A stretch of 59,529 nucleotides of DNA, filler included, from Asterionella formosa (lineage: Eukaryota), in the NCBI GenBank assembly GCA_002256025.1. It is 4 parts of 4 records of this genome, joined end to end, with 100 filler letters (N's around TTAATTAATTAA, not from the genome) between each part and the next. Parts side by side here need not be neighbours in the genome. Positions count along the whole stretch, not along the records: positions 1 to 14,833 come from NKIB01005731.1; 3 more parts are not named here. One strand, given 5' to 3'. Made by a program: the position numbers and the translations under genes. Below, in pieces: positions 1 through 11,599 of this stretch. Every line of letters starts with the position of its first letter. Within the stretch, counting starts at the first letter, position 1. The notes beneath the pieces are model-generated. The model had not been told where the DNA came from. It worked only from the letters and a program-made list of their open reading frames with translations, and ran no database searches.

Positions 1-479
1 CAAGCGGAAGTGTAAGAAGAAGTGTATAGAGGATCTTGCATGTCTGTGTTGACTCATGGCAAATCAAGAATTAAGCAGGTATGTCAGCTATATATTCCAT
101 ACTGCTACATAATACGCGTAGTTTTCCTACATGGTTTTAGTAATGAAAATTATCGAAATAGTCTGGAGGGAAGCCTGGAGGGATATGCACATGATTGTAG
201 CCAGCCCGTAACCGTTGAATTTTCGTGATACTTTTTGGGTGATACAATTTCATTTTTATTTTTGTGGAGAATGGATTTTTTCGGTTTAAATCGAGTAGCC
301 GTTACATGATACTTTTTCAAAAAAAAATGATACCAAATCGAAAATGATAAGAACGACCCTTATACTCCCTCACAAAGTATACCTACTAGTACATACCATA
401 AGTTCACTGGTGAAACATGTATCATCGTGCTACCAGCTGCAATACCAGTATATCGCTCTCGGTGTGAGTGATATGCTGA

Positions 480-640
480 TGATGTGATGCTCGATTTCGA
501 CATCAAGCATTACATCCAAGCTGATTCTGGATTCCGTTTCTCCATATACTCGTGTGTACAATTTGTCGTATGTAGATGGCTGGTACAAACGGAACACACC
601 AACCTGAGTGTCCGGTAAAATGGTTGTGCAACTCATCATC
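480..640. repeat. Dispersed repeat, similar to 18160-18330
   Basis: GATGTGATGCTC...ACATCCAAGCTGATTCTGGATTCCGTTT...TTGTGCAACTCATCAT occurs at both sites; the short ORFs share ESRISLDVMxDVExEHHI. Confidence 0.85.
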
Positions 641-920
641 GCTGTCAGTATCAATTACGGGATCCTTTGTACTAGTAGCTCATGGTTGATGGGGTATTAC
701 CCCCAACGTCTCCCAATTGCCGATTGGGTTGCCTTGGATAATCGCCCCCTGTTCGCTTTCTCTTTGTTAACTCATTTTGGAACTTCCTTCTTTGTTCCTT
801 ACCGGCAGTTTTTGCCACATGTTGCTTGTTTCCATGAACCTCTTTATGGTTTCTTGAAGACATTGTACTATTAGATAACTGTTGTCATTGTCTTCCTTAA
901 AGTTCGATGACCTTAAATTC
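640..920 (-). repeat. Copy of the 5' part of accessory ORF A of the Plavaka-like element (second copy 9100-9395)
   Basis: Near-identical DNA from GCTGTCAGTATCAATTA to CTTAAAGTTCGATGAyCTTAAATTC; both copies encode KFQNE.TK.KR...DYP.Q.NR.LGDVGGNTPS. Confidence 0.9.
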
Positions 921-1072
921 AGGTGTTGTTAGCGAGTTACCATGAAATGAATCATCAGCCACTACAAATAATATTTTTCGCTGTCTAGATATGATGATAC
1001 CATATGACCAACAGTGCTATTTACATTGTCATATACAAAATCAGAACCGAGTTTGATTAATAGCATATCTTG

Positions 1073-1508
1073 TTTTCAATTATACAATTATACAATCCTG
1101 ATACTATGATGCTTTACTGTCCCACGGTTATTCTGTTGCTCGTTTACTACTCCAACTACCGCTTTTCAGTTTTACAATCATACAATCCTAAAACTATGAT
1201 GATTTACTGTCCCGCTGCAGTAGCCGCAGCAGTCATGAACATATGGTGTTCTGTTGCTCGCTTATTACTACGACTATCTTTTTTAGTATTATGATCATAT
1301 GATCCTAAAACTATGATGATTGACTGTCCCGCTGCAGTAGCAGCAGTCATAGACATATGGTGTTCTGTTGCTCGTTTATTATTCCGACTACCTTTTTCAG
1401 TATTACGATCATACGATCCTAAAACTATGATAATTTACTGTCCCACTGCAGTAGCAACAGTCCTGAACATATGGTGTTCTGTTGCTAGTCTACTACTCCG
1501 ACTACCCC
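1073..1508. repeat. Tandem minisatellite, about 4 units of 90-117 bp (about 1.4 further units at 9396-9551)
   Basis: Recurring unit ATCCTAAAACTATGATGATTTACTGTCCCGCTGCAGTAGC..CAGTC..GAACATATGGTGTTCTGTTGCT. Confidence 0.9.
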
Positions 1509-1862
1509 CAGTATATCACTTACTACCTGCTACTGGTACTATGTGTATATATATGATATATTGTTATTGTCATATGATGTATTGGTACACATGAAGAGCT
1601 CCCGCCCAAAAAAGGGGCTTAAACAATTCGCTACCAAAACCCTTGTGGCAATTGAACGGTCTAAATAATTAGTTTCAACGGACGTAGAAACAAATTTCAG
1701 AAACAATTCCGGTACACGTAGTCGTGGAAAACAATGGACATATAGTACATTGAGTATTTTCGAATTATGTATATGCAAGTATGATCATCTCAACCATATC
1801 AGATGTTCCATATCGAGAGCGCCATTGAATTTTATAAATGTATAACTATAAATGTATAACAC

Positions 1863-1864
<2 letters not shown>

Positions 1865-1895
<31 letters not shown>
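1865..1895. repeat. (TA)n microsatellite
   Basis: Direct read. Confidence 0.9.
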
Positions 1896-1898
<3 letters not shown>

Positions 1899-1918
1899 CA
1901 AATATGATTACTATAGTC

Positions 1919-2162
1919 ATGGCACATATGTAGTTTTGAAATCGTTCTGTCATGTTAACAAACAATGCCTGCTGCTTCATGAAAAGATACGTCGTAGTAA
2001 AGCACATGACAAGCAAAGAAAGTTTACGCAATACATAACGAAAAACATTGTGGCTTCAACACATTGCGCATTCAAAGGATGGAGAATGATTAAGGTAATG
2101 AAGCCATCAATGTGGTACTTGGATGACAATCGTTGGGAGATAGGCAGCACAACAACAAATTG
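1919..2162. repeat. Direct repeat copy 1 (~243 bp) flanking the Harbinger fragment
   Basis: ATGGCAyATAT...TTGAAATCGTTCTGTCATG...GGCAGCACAACAACAAATTG matches 2631-2872. Confidence 0.92.
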
Positions 2163-2630
2163 AGAACCAACAAATGGAACTAACATGACATCTGACAATG
2201 TATATGCTGCATCACCAACAAGATAAAAACCAGAATCAAATAATGCAGTTTTGTTGGGTAGAGCAGTTCTCTCAAATGCAACTTGATCACTGCATCGTCC
2301 AGGAGCAATTACCCCAAAAAATATAAATCTACTCTCAACATCACAGATAGCCTGAACATTGATACCATAAGTCATGTAATGTCCAGAATAAAAAGCTCCT
2401 GGATTGTTTCCACAGTCACGTAGCGTGGGGCGACTAATTGTGGCTAAAAAACCATCAATAGCACCAACACACCCTCTGATCAACCCTTCTGTGTTCTTTT
2501 GTTCAAAGGCTATAGCCAATTTCACCAAATCACTCCTTGTTTTAGGAAATATAATTTTCAGATAATCACAGTTAAGCACGGCTTTAAGAAATAAATCTCT
2601 GCATCTATAGATTGAAGCTATGCTACATCC
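2163..2630 (-). pseudogene. PIF/Harbinger (HARBI1/DDE_Tnp_4-like) transposase internal fragment
   Basis: GCVGAIDG, FYSGHY.TYGINVQAICD, APGRCSD and YLVGDAAY motifs; the N-terminus and the segment with the third catalytic residue (E) are replaced by repeat-derived sequence. Confidence 0.88.
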
Positions 2631-2872
2631 ATGGCATATATATTTTTGAAATCGTTCTGTCATGTTTACAAACAATGCCTGCTGCTTCATGAAAAGATAC
2701 ATCGTAGTAAAGCACATGATAAGAAAAGAAAGTTTTCGCAATACATTATAAAAAACATTGTGACTTCGATACATTACGCCTTCGATGGATGGAGAATGTT
2801 TAAGGTAATGAAGCCGTCAATGTGGTACTTGGATGACAATCGTTGGGAGGCAGGCAGCACAACAACAAATTG
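2631..2872. repeat. Direct repeat copy 2
   Basis: Matches 1919-2162. Confidence 0.92.
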
Positions 2873-3579
2873 TTAACTAAACGCAGCCACTTTTCCTTTT
2901 TTCTCAGTTGATTCAACAGCTCCTTTCGCTTGTTGGGGAGCACCAATGTAAAACAAAACCAAATTGCGTAAGTGCTCTTGTCGCTTGTTGGACCTATTCA
3001 CTTCTGTTGGAACAAAACTGACAAAACGTTTACCTTCTCTCAAAGTTAAGCTGACAAAAATGAACTGGTAAGTTTTATTCGACAACATTGGATACCCGAA
3101 ACTTACTTATTCAAGAATTTGGCTTACTGCCAAGTTACTATTACACACTTATGCATCCTCAGTTGAATTGATTTGTGGTAAGTGAAGCAAGAGGATAGGA
3201 TGGAATTGCGTGTTCTTGTGTCAATGTTACATGACTAGCTAACAAATTATTCCTTCTCATTGTAACTGTAACTGCATGCATAGGACAATAAAACCAATCA
3301 AACAGTTCAGAGTGACACTAACAGCAGGAAAAGAGTCGCAACCATTAGTTGGCACTGCCTCACACATGATTCAGAATAGAGGAAGGAAAGCGCAAGACAG
3401 GAACAATATACATTGAGCCAAGTAGAGAGAGACATCGGGTAGCTGGCCTGTAGAATCATAGATAGCATTGCTAAATTTGTCAATTAAATTACAATACATT
3501 TCAATCCTTTTTTAAAAATCCTTGTAATTAGAAATATGATCATGTTTAAGATAGATATACGATGAACCAATTCAAATTA

Positions 3580-3900
3580 TAGCATATAGTTTAGCTGATT
3601 TTAGGATGCATTGTAGTTATAATTTACATCGGGCGATCACGAGAAGTGAAAATAATATGAGAAGCTTTATGATATTGACGAGAAATGTTGTTGTTGATCA
3701 GTTTATATACATTGTGTGATGATAATGCTCCTATTATCATTATATTTCAAGGTCGGTAACATATTAATAAATCATCATAGATACAAGATACCTTGATCAT
3801 ATTTTTGATCCAAAAATTATCATATATACGAAAATCCTGTGCCACTTAGCGTACGATACCCTTGATCCTATATACATAATACTTTTTATTTGCAGATGCA
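3580..3900. repeat. Non-coding element segment repeated at 9757-10068 and partly at 33140-33210
   Basis: TATAATTTACATCGGGCGATCACGAGAAGTGAAAATAA (two sites) and TTTTGATCCAAAAA...AATCCTGTGCCACTTAG (three sites) are shared. Confidence 0.9.
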
Positions 3901-5289
3901 CCAATGTTGACAAAAAATGGTAAATGCTCTTTTTGGATCAATGAACCACTATATGAGAACATCACTGACACATGTTTTTTTATTCTTTCAGGATAGTTTT
4001 ATTGAAACAGTTTTGTTGTTAGTTATAAATGACATTGGTGGAGTGGTTTATTGATATGTACTAATGTGATCATCAACTGACACATTACTTTACCGAATGA
4101 TGCGAAAAGTTCATCAATTTCTGGTAAGTGAAGCATGATAAAATGAGATTTCATTGTTGAGGTATAAACAAAACATGGCTTACGTGTAATTCATTCTCAT
4201 TTTTAGTATGATCATATTTTAAAGATCAATTTATCCTGATTCCTGAAAGGGCGGGATGAGTCATCCATGCACCTGTATGATATGAAATATGGAAATGATC
4301 AAATATAGCTAGTCTACACAAGGAGCAGTGCATCATATATGCCCTGTTATTTTAATTCCTATGACCACTGAATATGCATGATTCCATGTTATTTCAACCA
4401 GAAGATGACAGTGGATGGTCATGTTGACCTTTTACAATTGTGCAAGTGTTAGAAACTCAATTGCAATTAGAAAGGAAAGGAATGGCAAAACAAAATTTCT
4501 TGGCAACCGGGGCGGCACAATTCCGTTTGCAGACTGAGTCCTTGAAAGCTTTAAAACGTCAGGTGGTAGCAACAGATCGAACAGACGATTTCTTATCCAT
4601 TACATCTGACCCACCAACCAAGTCAACATACTTTCATCTTGGAACAGTTTGGCCTCAAGTGACAACGACAATTTCTCATGAGGATATGCATGTTTCAGTT
4701 GGAAATAACTGTTCTTCAATTTGTTATCGACGAAATTTTGAGCTACTATTTAGATTTAAAAATGTTGAACAAAGTGTTTGGACAAGTTCCTTGCAACTCT
4801 TCTTTCAAGAAGGATGAAGTTGTCTACGTAAAATCTATGATACAACAAAGTAATGACAAACTTGCTCACTTCAAATGGTATAATCATGCACCTCTTGGCC
4901 AAATTTGTGGATGCATCAAAATTGACAAAAAGTTGAAATAAAATTTTGTATCTGATGATAGCCCTTCTGGAAGCAAGACTGATATCGAACTGCAGTTGAA
5001 AAATGGAGATGAAAAATTTCGGACGAAACGAGAAGGACCATCTTAGGTTCTTTGGGAGTGAAAAAGAACAAATAATGGACCATTGGGATTATCCAATGTC
5101 ATCATTTGTCAGGAAATTGTAGTTTACGAAATCCTCCTAATAACTTGAATATTAGTAGCTATGTGAAACTATATTATCACTATTATCATTTATGTTATTC
5201 TTATATATTTATCAACGTTCGCTTGTTAGTTTTTGGTCCCACCCGATTGATTTCCATAAATTACGTGGAGGCAAGGCAACATAAAAATT

Positions 5290-7060
5290 ATCTTTCCATA
5301 CCTGTTCCAAAACTTCTTGCGGTGTGTTTCAGAGATTTCCTTGATTCCTGTGGTTTCAAAGCAGGAACAACAAATGCTGCCGAAAGTATATTATGAAATT
5401 CAACGCTCAATTCAGTTGTATCATTGCATAAGGTGTCTCCTCTTGCAAAAAACATATGTTTATGAATTTTCATTCAGTTGAACTTTTCAAGGAACGAAAA
5501 CACGCTAAGAAAATGGTTGTTGTGTTGGAGAAAATAACATTTCCCCAAAGAAGTAGTTTTGCAGGAACTTTGTAGGAATTTGATCCATCTCCCTTCTCCC
5601 AGTTCTTTTCGACCCAGTTAAAACATTCACAACCAGAGATTCCTGCCTTTGAATCATTATTCCATTTCGGATGGCATCTGAAAATAGTAGTTTGGCCGGG
5701 AACGTTACTTTCAATTTTAACATGATAATAAAAGTCAATCCTTACAATGGAAACAACACCAGGCCCAATTCCATCTTCAAGACTTTTGATTTTTGCTATT
5801 TGCTTCTCTTGCTGAATTTGCAATGCTCTTTACGTAGTTGGCCCCCTTTCGGTAAATCAGGATGAGGAGATTTTCTTTCTTTAAAAAAACATGTCCATTC
5901 TTCAGGGAAAGTCCGATAATTGTACAAAGATTCCAAATTGTGGGAACTTTAATATTCGAGGTAGTAATTGATGAAGAACCTCAAATGGAGTTGCACCAAA
6001 TAATCCTTCTAAGTCACCACCAAAAAAATGATTTATTAGTGCAGGCATAATAGGATTATGCGATATAATACGGCAACACTCGTTTGCTGTTGCGTAGGTT
6101 TATTTGCCATTAGATTGGGAGACACAATACTCAGGTGGGATACATGGTAATTTTCCATTGGGATATGCATTTTTGTCAAGAAACTTATTTAAAAACATTT
6201 TAACATCTGATACTTTACGACGTTCACATCCAATATCAGGATTATCAGCATCCTCAGTTGAAACCAGCCAGGCAATCACGACAAACATATCGTCGATATA
6301 ATCCATTATCACCCCTGAAGCCTCAAATTTTATTGTGTTCTTCTGTATCACCAATGATCATTCCAATCTGGAAATAAACTTTTGTCATACCAAGACCATG
6401 AACCCAAATATCGTTTGACTTCTTTGGATCTTCGAAAGGCGACAATAGAAATCCTGTAACAGAAAGATATAATTTGAGTCTACATAAGGACAAGTCATCA
6501 CCAGATAACTTATTATTCATTTGTTTCTCCAGATCACTGACTTCAATGTCTGGCAAAAGAGATAATAATTGCCAGCCATCCATCAACTTTTTTCTTCCTT
6601 CTAATGTTAAGTTTAACATTGTCAGCAAAAACGGATGCTCGGAATGCTTCATTTGTTTATCAATAGGTGAACCATCACTAAAAACTGCTAGGGCAACAAA
6701 TAAACACCCTGTCTTCAACACTCAATTTTCTGATGCAGGAGAATTGTTGAATGCATTTTCTCTGATGCAGGAGAATTGTTGATTGCATTTTCAATCCAAG
6801 TTGCAGAAGTTACTTCGTCATATATGCATGTATTCTCCACAAGTTGTAAGTATCACTTGGTGGTGACATACAAAATGTTGCATGATATCGGAATCACGTA
6901 GCAATCCTGCCATGAGCTTAACTGGTTCGAAATAATGGAGTGTGCGTGGGATGATCATGTTGGAATTGTTATCAATCTTTATTTGTTTGGTCAACAGTTG
7001 ACCACCAGCTACTCAGATGGGTATCGGAATCACGTAGCAATCCTGCCATGCACTACCGCA
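5290..7060 (-). pseudogene. Plavaka-like (CMC-related) transposase, frameshifted and internally deleted
   Basis: Colinear motifs YDEVTSATW, ALAVFSDGSPID...EHPFLLTMLNL...GWQLLSLLPD, IIGDTEEHNKI, FGGDLEGLFGATPFEVLHQ (~5970-6030), FRCHPKW and PAKLLLW, which resemble fungal and diatom Plavaka transposases. Confidence 0.7.
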
Positions 7061-7899
7061 ATACATAGTTTCACTATGTATTCCAGGAACTAGATGTTCC
7101 TGCATGCAATGTCGACAGTGACCATATGCATTAAAACCACAGCTGCTACCATATCGATTTTGAGACTCAGATGGGGATTTGTTCTTCCCAAATTTGTAGT
7201 TACACAGATAACACAATTGCAATGTGCGCAAAGACATTGCAAATTGCAAATGATGACCAAGTCAGGATATGAACACGATAGAATGAAAATGAGTTAATAT
7301 ACAACAATAAATTGAGCGCCACTTCGAACATGCTGTGCTGGAAAATACAGAGTCGTGAAATTATCACTCCACCATAGTAGTAAAAATGGAGGTATACCGC
7401 TACATGTAGTACAGGCGGCACTAATAGTAATAGAAGTATAGAGCAGAATCAATGTTTTCCTATCATCTATGATATGGCTTGCATTGTAGAAGTCTCACAA
7501 TTACTATAATTATTATGAAACTACTAAGTATGCATTGGATTCTATTAGATCCATTCAAAATCAATATCGTCATCAATGTCCCGTTGATTCATGCGGTCAT
7601 TATAATCAATATTATTCTTAGGAACATTTGGTTGAAGTGATTCAACAAAATGATGCATATCCTCTTCACTTTCATTAGAAAATGAGAAGTATAAGTGTGG
7701 GTAGATGATAATTGTGGTAAGAGTAGCGATTCCACTGGGATTCCTTCCATATTCAGATCGATTCTTTTGTGAAAGTCCAGTGTAGATTTCCTTATAATAA
7801 ACGAGTAAATGATCAGTCCATTCCCTTGCTCACACTTTTTTAATAAGTGGTTTCCCACCAATGTCGACAAAATCGGTAGAATGACGAATATCTATCATT

Positions 7900-9306
7900 C
7901 TCTGAAATTTCATGGGTATCTGGATTGAAACCCAAATATTTTTGTTGCAATCGGAAGAAGCAAAATGCTTCTGTACTGGCATTGATCAGCAAACCAACAA
8001 AATGTGACTGCAATTCACACTGTGCCCGAAGACTGAGTTGAAATTTGGCTTGGTCACACCAGATTTGTCTCCTGTTAAAAATGGTTCTCCATGGCTTGTC
8101 CTGCCTATATAATACACCGGAGCAAGAACATCACGCCAGACTTGGTATCCATGGCTTCCCCTGTCAATGTCCTTTGACTGCGCCAAACAATAAAGCGTCA
8201 ACGCCAAACTAATAAAGTCATCAATAGCTATCGATAGTCTGGAAGTTATTTTTTGTTAGACCAGCTGGTGTGTCATGAATTATGTTAGCATTTTTAAATT
8301 GAAACATATTTGATAAGAATATAATTACCGACTCAAAACATCACGCTTTCGGAGAATCTCCCTGCAAGAACTTACCTAAGATTCCTTTAAATTGATTATT
8401 CAATACATTCTGACATTCTCTTGCTCAACTTTTTTATGCCCATGCCACCAAATGTTGATTTGATGTAATCTAAACGTGCCTTGTTGGAACGCTCAATGGT
8501 CTGATTCATTGGATGTAGTGCATCGGAACCATTCCATGTGAAATTGGCAAGCTCTGGGTCACTCTCCACTTCTTTGCCTAACTCCGGTCTCACTGTGTAT
8601 AGCCGAGTTAGGTAACATTCGTCAAACCAATCTTTTTTGTGATTGGAAATGCCTTTCATAATACTTGGACCAGATATGAGGGCGGAATGCTTGATTCTCT
8701 TTTGGGACCAGAAAAAATCACATTTGATTGATATTCTGTTTTACAGTACCTGCAATTCACAAACTAAAACATCAAACTTAAATGTTCATAGCAAAACTTC
8801 TTGGTCTTGAATATAAAACTCACAACCTTTGTGACAATTGATAACCTCGCATGGACAAGCGAGTTTTGAACTGAGCGAATTACGACTTTTGTAGTGATTG
8901 AGTTCATTGACCTATTGATAACATCCTTTGGCAAGTGCAAATGTTTTTCCCTCAGTTTGTCATGTACTTGTTGGTCCGTGCAATTAGAAAATTTATGATA
9001 TGGTACCATGTTGTCCATCTGCATCCGGGAGTTATTAATGTCATCATCGACAGGAGCCATTTTTCTTGTATCAACAACTGAAGTAGAAACGTCATCATTG
9101 CTGTCAGTATCAATTATGGGATCCTTTGTACTAGAAGCTGATGGTGTCCCCATGGATGATGGGGTATTACCCCCAACGTCTCCCAATCGCCGATTGGTTT
9201 GCTTTGGATAATCGCCTATTCGCTTTTTCTTTGTAAACTCATTTTGGAACTTGCTTCTTTGTTCAATACCGGCAGTAGCAATTTGCCACATGTCGCTTGT
9301 TACCAT
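7900..9306 (-). pseudogene. Unknown, probably spliced, element-associated gene (ORF A)
   Basis: Successive minus-strand coding blocks 8764-9306, 8396-8659 and 7986-8207; AG/GTAAG donor near 8376; a homologous copy at 50060-51000 conserves peptide blocks. Confidence 0.5.
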
Positions 9307-10074
9307 GAACCTCTTTATGGTTTCTCGAAGACATTGTACTGCCTAATTGATAACTGTTGTCGTTGACTTCCTTAAAGTTCGATGATCTTAAATTCATTTA
9401 CTGTCCCGCTGCAGTAGCAACAGTCATAGACATATGGTGTTCTATTGCTTGCTTATTACTCCGACTACCACTTTTCAGTTTCACAATCATACAATCCTAA
9501 AACTATGATGATTTACTGTTCCAATGCAGTAGCAACAGTCGTGAACATATGAAATATCGATGCAAACAAATTTCAGAATTAATACCGGTACATGTAGTTG
9601 TCGAAAACAATGGACATAGAGTGCATTGAGTATTTTCGAATTATGTATATGCAATTATGATCATCTCAACTATATCAGATGTTCCATATTAAGAGCGCCT
9701 TTGTTATATATATTGATATGTTTACAATAGATTGACGATGAAGCAATTCACATGATAGCATAGAGTTGAGCTGGTTTTAGGATGCGTTGTAGTTATAATT
9801 TACATCGGGCGATCACGAGAAGTGAAAATAACATGAGAAGGTTTATTATATTGATGGGAAATGTTGTCGATCAGTATATATACATTGTGTGATGATAATG
9901 TTCTTATTATCATTATACTTCCAGGCCGGTAAAATATTAATAAATCATCATAGTTATAGGATACCTTGATCATAATTTTGATCCAAAAATTATCATATAG
10001 ACGAGAATCCTGTGCCACTTAGTGTACAATACCCTTCATCCTATATGCATGATACTTTTCATTTGCAGACAAAG

Positions 10075-10900
10075 GACATCAATCATGTCATCAGATAACA
10101 GTTGGCAGCCACCAAGAGAAATAGTTGGTTGCAGGAGGTAGTAGAGAATGCTCTGAATGGCTTGGTTTCATGCCCTTATGTGTCTCTCAAATTTCAAAAG
10201 GGCATGCAGCAATGGCTGAAACAGGAAAGAGAGTAGTGGGTTGGACCAATACCACCACCAACGGACACAGTAGGAAATGCAACTTTCGAAGCATACATGA
10301 ATCAGATGGATGCAGGAATGGCTGACACAGGCAAGAAAGCAGTGGGTTGGACCAATACCACCACCAACAGATACAGTAGGAAATGCAGCAATGGATGACA
10401 CAGGAAAGAGACCAGTGGGTTGGACCAATACCACCACCAACAGACACAGTAGGAAATGCAACTTTCGAAGCATACATGAATCAGATGGACATTGCTTGGG
10501 ATCAGGCCTTTCAGGGACGAGTGAGTAAAATTTGGAGGATTGCAATTGTAGCATATTGCAGCTAATGAAAACACACAGATATAGCCCAAGCCGATGGGTG
10601 GAGCGCAAGATAAAGTCTGGCGCATGGGAACGGAGAGTTGGGTTTTCCATAATGGTGAATTATATGGGAAATCCCCCAAGGAGCATTACACAAAGCAACT
10701 TAAAGAAGTTGATGTACAGATACGCCAGCGATATAAATATGACACACAACAAGTTAGGGTCGAGGACAGGACTTTATTCCTACTGCCGGTTGAGGTACGG
10801 ATTTGACGACATAACTTAATCCCGAAGAGACAGTGGGTCGAAACAGTTGACCTAGTATTCAATGCGTGGTACCAGACACAGAGAGAGGAAGCAGGGAACG
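10075..10900 (+). mobile_element. Non-LTR retrotransposon (LINE, Ambal-like) C-terminal fragment with an internal triplication
   Basis: QMDIAWDQAFQGRVSKIW and W.FHNGELYG resemble the Q..IGW..F..GR.S..W / W..RN..L.G C-terminal signature; three copies of AGTGGGTTGGACCAATACCACCACCAAC at 10205-10489. Confidence 0.55.
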
Positions 10901-11599
10901 GAGCTCCGCTGCGCCTTGCTCCATTATGGCAACAAGAATATGAAAGAAGACCAAGGGCCAGGAAAAGGAGTCTGCTTGCATATCTCAGTGATGTTCTCAG
11001 CAGGTTGCAGGGGCAACTTCCTGGTGGAGGGTTACTTTTCCTTTTCTCTCTATCCATTTCTCAGTCGAACTTTGACCGAGTTGTTTTTGTACTGCAGGAA
11101 TATTTCCAAAGGTTATTTGTCGGGATGAGTTCTTTTGTAGACCATTCCATTGAGAATTCTGAGTGCCAACTACCAATCCTTTGCTTCAATTGTCTAAGAT
11201 GCTTTGATCCTTGTGTGATCAGATGCTTTTTGTGGCATCTTTTCACTACTGTTGCTGTATTGCTGTTGAAACTGATATCACTGCCACCTTCTTGCATGTT
11301 TGTTTACCATCATAATTCATCCTTTTCAAAAGGATGGCATCAGTTGAAGTCTGATTTGGTTGAGAGACCCATTGTAATTGCGATATATTTTGATTACCAT
11401 ACGCCCTAGCTATATCTATGTCTTTTCCGAAAGACATTTCGGAGAACCATATTCAAATCTTTTTCCATGCATTGAATAACAAGCAACGCTTAGTTTGTCA
11501 AACTTTGCTATTGCTTTGACTTTTCTAGCATGAACTGTAACGCATTTGTCCATTTATCCATTATAAAACCACACTCAAAAGGAATTGACATCAAGGCGG

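Noticed and set aside
1073..1508. CRISPR-like array
   Set aside because: Units are homologous over their whole length with no unique spacers; no cas genes; eukaryotic context. The same applies to 10205-10489 and 35676-35812
1919..2872. TRIM or mini LTR retrotransposon
   Set aside because: The repeats lack TG...CA ends, and no primer-binding site, polypurine tract or target-site duplication is evident
4440..4941. Overlapping plus-strand ORFs inside the Plavaka-like unit as a third element gene
   Set aside because: No recognisable motif and no second copy in the window
11000..11460. Possible Tc1/IS630-like transposase C-terminal relic on the minus strand (SPKC..E...K.YR)
   Set aside because: Too degraded to support a call
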